From assembly GCF_009834535.1 (NCBI RefSeq), contig NC_045697.1, positions 73,906,001-73,970,000 on the forward strand: a DNA stretch of 64,000 bases. Reading direction: 5' to 3'. This document shows, in pieces, positions 54,066 through 64,000 of this stretch. The notes under the pieces are model-generated. The model saw only the letters and a list, made by a program, of their open reading frames with translations, searched no databases and was not told where the DNA came from. The first letter of the stretch is position 1. Each line of letters begins with the position of its first letter. A program made the translations under genes and the position numbers. Source of the stretch: Camelus ferus (Eukaryota).

Positions 54066-57000
54066 AAAAAGACTTCTAAAAAACCCAACTATTATAATTA
54101 TGTTCATTAGTTCAGCTGAGACTAATTTCCTACTATAGTGGCTTTATTTTACACATTTTAAAGTCATTAGTGAGAAAGAGGAAGTACTTATTAACTGTAC
54201 AAGAGCATGGATAAGCAGATTTGAATAAGACCTTAGAGATCACTTCCCAGCACCCTGGTTTTATGTAATCATTCATTCATTCACATATAGTTTTGAACAC
54301 TCACTCTTAAACATTGTGTCAAGTACATTTCTAGTAGTTAAGCATCTGGCAATGAGCAAAACCAATCTTCCTGGATAACTCTGTTAAGAATGGATTTTAA
54401 AAGGCAAATACAGATCTAAGCTCATGAAGTTAGTAAGTCATCTCAAAATTCTAATCCAAAATGTTCTTATCCAAGACACATATTAATTAAACTCTATAAA
54501 ACCAAAAATAAAAACAGAATTCAAAAGGTGAGAGAAAAAATTGTCTCATACAAAGGAACCTCCATAAGGTTATCAATGGATTTCTCAGCAGAGACCTTAC
54601 AAGCCAGGAGAGAACGGGATAATATATGCAAAATCCTAAAAGAAAGAAACTGCCAACCAAGAATATTTTACCATGCAAAAATTGCTCTTCAGAAATGAAC
54701 GTGAAATAAAGACCTTCCCTAACAGACAAAAGCTAAGGGAATTGATCACCATGAAACCAGCTTACAAGAAATGCTGAAATGAGTCTTTGAGTTGAAACAA
54801 AAGAATGCTAACTACTAAAATAAAACATAAAATGTACCACACACTGGTAAAGGGTAACATATAGTCAAATTGAGAATACTCTAATACTGTAACATGGTGA
54901 TGTGCCAACTACTTACCTCTAAAATAATAGTTAAAGCACAAAAGCATAAAAATAGCTCTAGTTTCAACAATTTGTTAATGGATACACAATAAAAAAAAAG
55001 ATGGTAAATGATGACATCAGAAATATAAAAGCAGGGAGTAAAAATATAGTTTTTGTATGCAATCAAAGTTAAATTATTATCAGGGTAAATTAGACTGTTA
55101 CGTACACAAGATGTTTTATGTAAACCTTGTGGGGAACACAAGCCAGAATCTACAATAGATACATAAATTAAGAGCAGGAAATCAAAACATTACACTTCAG
55201 AAAGTCATCAACTTACAAAGAAAGGCAGCAAAGAAAGAAAGAAAAGAGAAAGAAAACTTCAAAACTTACCTATCAATAATTAAATATTACTTTGTTGAAT
55301 TCCCCAATGAGAAGGCACAGAGTGACTAAATGCATTAAAAAACTGTATGCTTACAAGAGACTCAGTTCAGCTTTAAGGACACACATGATCTCAAATGAAG
55401 GTGGATATATTCCATCTAAGTGGAAACCAAAAGAGACCAGGGGTAGCTATACTTAATATCAGAAAAAATAAACTTTAAGCCAATAGTGATAACAAGAGGA
55501 AAAGATGGACATTATATTGATAAAGGTATCAATTTATTAAGAAGATAAAACACTTATAAATATATATGCCCTTAACATCAGAATACCTTAAATATTTTAA
55601 GCAAATACTAACAGGTCTGAAGGGGGAAGCAGATAATAATATATTAAGAGTAGGGGACTTCAATACTCCATTTTCAACAATGGAGAAATTATCAAAACAG
55701 GAAAAACAAGGAAACGTTAGACTTGAATCAAACTTTAGACCAAATAAACTTAACAGACACATACAGAATATTAATCTAACAGCAGCAGAATACAGTTTCT
55801 TCTCAAGCTCTAATATAACTTTCTTCAGAATAGATCACATTACGAAATAAGTCTTAGCAAATACAAGAAGACTGAAATAACAGTAAGTATATTTTCCAGC
55901 CACAATAGTATGAAACTAGGAATCAGTAACAAGAGGAAACCTGGAAATTTTGCAAGTACATGCAGATGAAGCAACATAGTCATGAAAACCTAATGGATCA
56001 AAAAAAAAAAAAAAAGGAAAAGGAAAATCAAATATATTAGAAACATAAAAATGGAGGTACAACATATAAAACATTATAGGATGCTCCAAGAGCAGTCTAA
56101 GAGGGATGTTTATATATGCATATATTAATACATATATTAAGAAAAAAGAAATCTCAAACAATTTTATACCTCAAACTAGAAAAAGAACATATAAAACTAA
56201 AGTTAGAAGAAGGAAGATAATAACAAGTATCTGAGCATAAATAAATGAGAGACCATAAAACAATAAAAAAAAAAATCAATGAAATTAAGAGCTTTTTTTT
56301 GAAAAAATTAAAAATTTATGGACTTCTAGTTAGACTTACTTAAAAAAACTGAAAGAGGACTGAGGACTCAAAATCAGAAATGAAATAGGAGACATTACAA
56401 CTGATACCACAGAAATACAAAGTATCATGAGAGACTAGTAAAACCAATTATATGCCCCAAACTGGATAACCTAGAAGAAATGGATAAATTTCAAGAAATG
56501 GAAAACTTTCCAGAAAGACTCAATCATAAACAGCCAGGAAATCTGAACAGACTAATAACGAGTAAGCAGAGTGAATTAGTAATCAAACCTCCCAACAAAT
56601 AAAAGTCCAGGACCAGACTGCTTCACTAGTGAATTCTACCAAATATTTAAAGAAAAAAAATCCACTTACATCAATGGATAGATCATCCAGGCAGAAAATC
56701 AATAAGGACACAGCTGCCTTAAATGACACATTAGACCAGGACTTAATATCTGTAGAACATTCTACCTCCAAAAAAGCAGAATACACCTTCTTTTCAGGTT
56801 CACATAGAACTTTCTCCAAGACAGATCATGTGCTAGGCCACAAAACAAGTATCAAATTTACCAAGATTAAAATTACATAAAGCATCTTTTCTGACCACAA
56901 ATAGTATGAAACTAAAAATAATTATAGGAAGAAAACTGGAAAAGCACAAATATGTGGAGACAAACAACATATTACTAAAAAAAAACCAATGAGTCAATAG

Positions 57001-58728
57001 AGAAAACAAAGAAGAAATAAAAAAAAAAAAACCTTGAGATTAATAAAAATAGAAAAATAATATTCAAAAATCCACAGGACACAGCAAAAGCAGTTATAAA
57101 AGGGAAGTTTATAGCAATACAGGCCTACATCAAGAAACAAGAAAAATCTCAAATAACCTTTCTGTCTAAAGAGTTTAGAAGAAAAAGAACAAAGTCCCAA
57201 ATCAGCAGAAGGAAGGAAATAAAGATCAAAAACAAAATAAATAAAATAGAGACAAAAAAAAAATAGGAAGTATCAATGAAATTAAGTTTCTTTTTTACAA
57301 AATAGAAATTGATAAGCCTTTAGCCAAACTCATCAAAAAAGAGGGCTCAAATAAATAAAATTAATAATGAAAAAGGAGAAGTTATAACCTATATTACAGA
57401 AATACAATGAAGAGTTACATGCCAAAAAATTGAACCACCTAGAAGAAATAAATACATTCCTAAAACATACAATCTTCCCAGACTATATCAGGAAGAAATA
57501 GAAAATCTGGATGATCCTTTACTAGTAATAAAATTGAATCAGTAATCAAGAAACTCCCAACAAACAGGACCAGACCTCTTCACCAGAAAATTCTACCAAA
57601 CATTTACAGAAGAGTTAATACCTATCTTTTTCTATTCCAAAAAAGTAAAGACTAGGGAACACTTCCAAATTCATTCTACAAGGCCAGTCTTACACTGATA
57701 CAAAAACCAGATGACATTAAAAAAATAAATAAAATAAAATGAAGAATATTACAGGCCAATATCCTTGATGAACATAAATGTAAAAATCCTCAACAAAACA
57801 TTAGCATATCAAATTCAACAATATATAAAAAGAATCATACATCATGAGCAAGTGGGATTTATTCCAGGGATGCAAAGATGGTTCCATATCCATAGATCAG
57901 TCAATGTGACACACCATATTAACAAAATAAAGGGTAAAAATTACATGATAATCTCAACAGATGCAGAAAAAGCATTTGACAAAATTCAACATCTATTTAA
58001 GATAAATGCTCTCAACAAAGTTGGTATAGAGGGAACATACCTTAATATAATAAAAGCTATTTATGACAAACCCACAACCAACATCATTCTCACTGGTGAC
58101 AAGCTGAAAGCTTTTCCTGTAAGATCAGGAACAAAACAAGGATGTTCACCCTCACCACTTCCATTTAACATAGTGTTGGAAGTCCTAGCCACAACAATCA
58201 GACAAAGGAAAAAAAGGCATTTGAAGGAAAGAATTACAGCTGTCATTATTTGAAGATGACATGTTACTATGTACAGAAAACCCTAAAGACTCCACCAAAA
58301 TCAAGAGCCCAGAAATGAACTCCACACATATAAGGCAAACTATATCTGACAAGAGAACCAAGAATATTCAATGTGGGAAAAGGGTTGGGAAAACTGGATA
58401 AACATGTGTAGAATGGAATTGGACCCCTATGTTAGGCCACTCAGAAAAAAGTAACTCAACTGAATTAAAGACTTAAATTGAAGACCTAAAGCCATTATAC
58501 TTGTAGAAGAAAACTTAGGAAGAAATCTCCCTGACATTTGGTCTTGGCTATGATTTCCTGGATAAGACAACAAAAGCACAAGCAGCAAAAGCAAAAATGT
58601 GTGACCACATCCAACTGAAAAGCTTCTGCACAGCAAAAGAAACAATCAACAAAGTGAAAAGACAACCTATAGAATGGGAGAAAGTATTTGCAAATCATGT
58701 ATCTGACAAACAGTTAATATCCAAAATA

Positions 58729-59305
58729 CAGTCAGTCCTTCCTTATCTGTGGGCAATAAGCTCCAAGACCCACTACTGGATGTCTGAAACCGCAGATGGT
58801 ATCAAACTCTATACATATTTCTTTTCTACACATACATACCTATGATAAGGCTTAACTTATAAATTAGGCACAGTAAGAGATTAACAGCAATAACTAATCA
58901 TAGAATTGTAACAATATGCTGTAACAAACCTTATGTGAATGTAATCTCTAATGATAAAATGATAAAACGCCTACATGCTGAGAGGAAGTGAGGTGAATGA
59001 CGTAGGCACTGTAACCTAGTGTTAGGCTCTGATTGGCCGACTGACAATCCATCAGCAGCAGGGTCATCTGCTTTAGGTGATTTCGAATCATTGAGCCAAG
59101 ATGATGTCAATGTTTGGGGATCTTGGGCAGGACAGAGCAGGACTGCATGAGGTTTCATTATGCTGCTCAGATCAGTGCAGAATTTAAAACTTATGAACTA
59201 TTTCTTTCAGAAATAGTCCATAATATTTCCAGAATATTCCATTTACTATTTTTGGACCTTGGTTGACAGGGAATAACTGAAACCACAGATAAGGGGGGAC
59301 TACTG
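58729..59305 (+). mobile_element. MER44-like (Tigger7 family) MITE inserted in the L1
   Basis: Terminal inverted repeats cagtcagtccttccttatctgtgg and ccacagataaggggggactactg, flanked by TA on both sides (58727, 59306). Confidence 0.85.
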
Positions 59306-59998
59306 TACATCAAGAATTCAAGCAACTCAAAAGCAAAAAATAAACGACAATCTGATTGAAAATACGCAAACTGAATAAACAGTTTTCCAAAGACGACGTA
59401 CAGATGGCTAACAGGTACATGAAAAATTGCTTGACATTACTAATCATAAGGGAAATGCAAATCAAAACCACAATAAGATATCATGTCACACCTGTTAGAA
59501 TGACTATCATCAAAAAGAGAACAAGTTTTGGTGAGGGTGTAGAGAGGAATCCTTGTGCACTTTTGGTGGGAATGTAAATTCATGCATCCTCTGCGGAAAA
59601 CAGTATGGAGGTTCCTCAAAAAAATTAAAAATGGAACTACCATATGAACTAGGAGTCCACTTCTGGGTGTATATCCAAAGTAATTAAAACTAGGATCTCA
59701 TAGAGATATCTGAACTCCCATGTACATTGCAGCATTACTCACAATAACCAAGATATGGAAACAACTTAAGTGTCTGTCAGTGGATGAATAGATGATTCAC
59801 CCATGAGAAAAAAAAGGAAATCCTGCCATTTGCAACTACTTGGATGAACCTTGAGGGTACCATGCTAAGTGAAGTATGTCAGACAGAGAAAGATAAACAA
59901 CTGTGTGATCTCATTTATATGCAGAATCAAAAAAAAGTCAAACTCAGAAACAGAAAGTAGAATGGTTGTTATTGGTCAAAGGGTATAAACTTCCAGTT

Positions 59999-60154
59999 AC
60001 AAGATTAACATGTTTGGGGATCTAATGTAAGCATGGTTGTTTTAGCTAATAATGCTGTATTATATATACTTGAATGACAAGATTAACATGTTTGGGGATC
60101 TAATGTAAGCATGGTTGTTTTAGCTAATAATGCTGTATTATATATACTTGAATG
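59999..60154 (+). repeat. Perfect 78-bp tandem duplication
   Basis: acaagattaacatg...atacttgaatg at 59999-60076 and 60077-60154. Confidence 0.95.
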
Positions 60155-60329
60155 TTGCTAAGAAAATAGATCTTAAGCATTCTCAACACAAAAAATGAAA
60201 TAACTATATGACTGGATGGAGGTGATAGCTAAGCCTATGATGGTAATCATTTTGCAACACATAAATGTATCAAATCATACATAATATTTTGTGTCAATTA
60301 GATCTCAATAAACCTAGGGAAACAAAGCC

Positions 60330-61850
60330 AGAAATAAGGAGACCAGACGAAAGGCCACTGTAGGAAGCCAAGTAAGAGACCAAAGTGGTAGAGGTGATGA
60401 GAAGTGGAGGAATCAAGGATGTGGCTATGAAAGAAACAAAGAATGACCTCAAAGACTTTGGCTTGGGCAACTGGATGATTGAAATTATCATTTACTCAGG
60501 AGGAAACAATGAAATTCAGCTGGGAAAACTTTAGGAGAAGGTTTGGAGGCTGGGAAGAGTTAGGAGTTCAAAGATGTTCAGTTTGAGATGCTTACCAGAT
60601 ACTCAAGTGGAGGTACTGCAAAGTCAATTGGTAACAAAATCTTCTTCAGAGAAGAATGGCTGGAGATTCAAATGTGGGAGTCATATCAGCATAAGATGGC
60701 ACTAAAGCCATTAGACTACATAAAATCTCCTAAGGGGGAGTGTAGAGATGCCCAAGGACTGAGGTCTGGGCCATTTCAATATTCAGAGATTGAGATGTGG
60801 AAAAGAACCCTACAAAGAAGGCTGAAAGAGCCATTCATGACGTAGGTGGCAGTGGCGGTGGGTGGAGATGTTATCTAGAAACCAAGTGAAGAAAGAGCTT
60901 TTTCTTATTTAAAAAAATAAAAAAAAAAATGATCAACTGTGTTCAGTCCTGCTCGAGGTCAACAAAAATGAGGCGTGAGAGTGGACTGCTGGGTTTAGAA
61001 ACAGGCAGATCATGATTGAGAACTATAGGAGCTGTTCTGGGGGAATGGCACAAGCCAAAGCCTGACTGGACAGAGCTCAAAAGTAGAGAGGAGGATGAAG
61101 CAACATGGATGGACCTAGAGGTGATCATACTAAGTGAAGTAAGTCAGGCAGAGAAAGACAAATACCATATGTTGTCATGTATATGGGGAATCTAAAAAAT
61201 GATACAAATGAACTCATATACAAGATAGAAACAGACTTGCAGACATAGAAAATAAACTTATGGTTACCAAAAGGGAAAGCGTGGGGAGGGATAAATTAGG
61301 AGTTTGGGGTTAGCAGATACAAAACTACTATATATAAAATAGATAAAATATAAGGTCCTACTGTATAGCATGGGGAACTAAATTTACTATCTTGTAGTAA
61401 CCTATAATGAAAAAGAATATGAAAAGGTTATATCCATATATATACACACACACATATTTATGTATACATATAACCGAATCACTATGCTGTACACCTGAAA
61501 CTTATACAACGTTGTAAATCAACTGCACTTCAATTTTAAAAATTTTTTTTAATAAATAGAAAAAAAAAGTGGAGAAGAGAATTCAGACAGTGGGTCTCAG
61601 TGGTTGTTTCAAGGAGTTTTGCTATGAAGAGAGAAGAGAAATGAGGCGTTATCTGGAGGGAGGTGGAGGCAAGGAAAAGGCTTTTTAAGCTGGGATACCA
61701 CGGAGGATCTCAGTATGCAGACTGGAATGATTCTCTACGAGACTGACTCAGTATGCAGACTGGAAGTCTCTACGAGAATTGACAAAGTGGGAGAAAGAGT
61801 AAGGGGAGAATACTGGCGTGATGTACTTGAGCAGGCAAGAGCCTTCTTTA
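60330..61850 (-). mobile_element. L2 remnant interrupted by a young L1
   Basis: tttggcttgggcaactgga, gatgttcagtttgagatg, aaaccaagtgaagaaag, caaggagttttgctatgaag. Confidence 0.65.
61096..61564 (+). mobile_element. 5'-truncated lineage-specific L1 3' end
   Basis: gcaacatggatggacctagag...aactgcacttcaattttaaaa; TSD-like AAAAGTAGAGAGGAGGA (61079) and AAAAGTGGAGAAGAGAA (61565). Confidence 0.88.
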
Positions 61851-64000
61851 AATTAAAAACATGACGACGAAACCAGGACCCAGGGCAGTAAAGCAACTTG
61901 GCTGAGGTCACAAGGCAGTAAGGGGTGGGCCAGGCCTTCCTCTACTTCCTTCAAGAGGTTTCCACCCAATCACAGCTGCGGATCCCACAACTAAAGGCAG
62001 AAGAGACAGGCAGGTAAAAGCCCACTGACTTGATAGATTCCATCGTTGTATTAAATAAATGCTATTTGATAGCAATCAAATATGTGTCCCATTTCTAACT
62101 GAAGTGGGTTTTTTCCTTAAAAGTGCTGGTAGGTCTTTCATATGTAAAGCTCATTTGTAATTATGATAAAAATTTTGTATAGTGACAGCTCATGTCTCAA
62201 ATGCTAAAAAGATAATTTGTAAATCAGAAGTAGGCAAATAATCTCTCTTACCCCAAAGGTGCACATGCAATTTCTTAACTAGGAAGCATCAACATCCCGT
62301 GCAATGCAAAGTCCCAGGCTAGTCCAGGTTGGTGTAGAACTTGGATAAGAGGAAGTTTGCAGGGGTTTACTCCTGTTTCTTTTCTTTTTTTTTTTTTAAC
62401 ATAATGCCATCATAAACCTTAGGAAGATAGACATTTGAGGCAGAAAATAACATTAAGTGCATTTTTAATAAAATCCACCACTGAAGTTGAGTTCGACGGG
62501 GAATTAAGTGTAAACTATAATATGGTTGGTTGGTTGTTTCTTGTCCACTTCAATTGCAGTAACTCAGTGTATCTAATAAGTATTATTATTATTGTTATTG
62601 ATTAAATTATATAACCTCTTTAAGCTTTGTTTAGACACTTGGTAAATGAGGGATAACACATTTGCTGCAAAGTCGTTGCGGAGATGAAATAAAATCATTT
62701 ACATAAAATAGTGTGTAGCAGCATTCTCAGGACAGAGTAAGCACTCAGGTGTAGCCTGTGCAGCCCACTTCCCGCCTCCTTCAATTCCACCCCAGGCAGT
62801 GGGGCTGGTAGGAGGAGAGCCAGGATTCTCCCCTGCCTGCTCGTCACTCTCAACAGCCAAGCATTATTATGTGCCCAGTACTGCTGAGTTACAGAAAAGC
62901 TACACCAGCGTCTGCCTTCAAAGACCTTTGTGCACAGTCAGGGTGACAGGCTTTGAGAGCGGCCCCCACCCCTGACCACATCCCTTCAGGGGTTTCTTCC
63001 TGCTCCTAAGGTCAAGTTCAACCTCCTGCCCAGGGCCTGCAGAAGCCTTTGTGATGGGTCTCTGCTTTGGGTTCTGGTCACATCTCTTGCATCTCTCTCC
63101 ACACTCCTCTGCCCCCATCTTTAGTCCCACCTTACACTCTAGTCATATCGAACTCTTTTTAGTTCCTCCACAGTGGCAACTCCTTGTGAAACTTCGACTC
63201 CTCCAACCTGGGTTGGCGTCCCTCCCCACAGCCCTCTCTCCCCTCTCACACCACTCACCAGGCTACAGCCGCTTGGCTTGCTTAGCTCGTCAAAGCAGGG
63301 ATGGGGGTCCTATGGGCCCTGGTTTCACTCCCCACCCACCACTTCCCACCCAATCTGGCATGTAAGAGGCATTCAAATGATATTAAATCACAATTCCCTG
63401 AAAGAACTGATTATGAAACTGCATTAAGACAAGGTTGCATAGGCTTGGAGCATGATGAAGGCTGTTGCTGTTAAGAAATGTGGAGCTCAAAGGAGGGAGA
63501 CCTAGAGGCTGAGCAGCCTGGGAAAGTGACACTTCAGCAACGTGGGAATACCCAAGGGCTTTCATAAGTAGCAAGGAAGGTGGGAAACTCAAGAGCAAAT
63601 CCTTGGACTTAAGAGGGGAAAAAAGGGACAAAACACAAAACGGAAGAAGAGCCAGAATCTACAAAATAATCCAGTTGATCTAAATATATTTCCTGGGTAC
63701 AAACTATGTTCAGGGCAATGTGGAAGATAAACAAAGCACAGGAAAGAACTGTCACCCTTCAGAGGCTGATGATGAGAGGTGGGATGTGTGGATGACAAAG
63801 TGGAAGTGGGAAATAATTAGGCACCAAATACGTGGTTAAACACGCCTCTGGATTATTCAAAGGAACCAGGGGGCACTGGGAGGGGCCGTTCCCAGGGAAG
63901 GCTGCGTACAAGAGGTGAGATGTGAGCGGGGCTTTGCAGGATGGAGGTGACGGGACAGAGAAATGCTGCCTGAAGGGCACTCTATTTTAGGAAGCTCCCT

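Larger units (their letters stand above)
54440..60320 (+). mobile_element. Composite L1 (ORF1 3' part, spacer, ORF2 EN/RT pieces, L1MA-like 3' UTR)
   Basis: ORFs 55566 (VGDFNTP, EN), 56629, 57765 ([15 protein letters not shown]), 58597 and 59356; AATAAA at ~60307. Confidence 0.9.

Noticed and set aside
57765..58253. Active reverse transcriptase or retron-like system
   Set aside because: A 162-aa fragment of a decayed L1 ORF2 surrounded by stops, frameshifts and deletions.
59999..61777. CRISPR-like repeats
   Set aside because: Only two-copy tandem duplications, with no spacers or cas genes, in mammalian DNA.
50881..64000. Second protein-coding gene downstream of TET2
   Set aside because: Only short ORFs with no recognisable protein or splice-consistent exon chain; mostly L1, L2 and MIR.

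Overview
This is eukaryotic (mammalian) genomic DNA, most likely from a camelid, judging by a Vic-1-like tRNA-derived SINE with a perfect target-site duplication (TSD). The window contains the whole coding region of TET2 (Tet methylcytosine dioxygenase 2) on the + strand. There are nine coding exons (human exons 3-11 equivalents): 3313-6718, 8354-8444, 9840-9933, 10581-10789, 27184-27334, 29267-29356, 40446-40583, 42949-43303 and 45355-46841. All have GT-AG boundaries and consistent phases, and they join to 6021 nt, or 2006 aa. A ~3.3 kb 3' UTR follows, with a poly(A) signal at 50115. The promoter and first non-coding exons are outside the window. Introns and the downstream flank are mostly L1, L2, MIR and DNA-transposon remnants. 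There are no prokaryotic features, CRISPR arrays or true RNA genes, and I cannot support a wholly new biological system. The best leads are these: (1) a short uORF whose stop overlaps the TET2 start (TGATG); (2) a cluster of signals between the large N-terminal exon and the catalytic exons that could each yield truncated or NMD transcripts (read-through tail, poison exon candidate, AG|GT site, intronic poly(A) signal); (3) a sharp GC3/CpG-rich patch over the C-terminal catalytic half; (4) internally deleted L1s, including an ORF1-only 'half-L1' carrying a consensus CTCF motif; and (5) an inverted L1 pair bracketing exons 7-8. Repeat boundaries and subfamily names are by-eye estimates. Comparisons with human TET2 are from memory and need verification by alignment.
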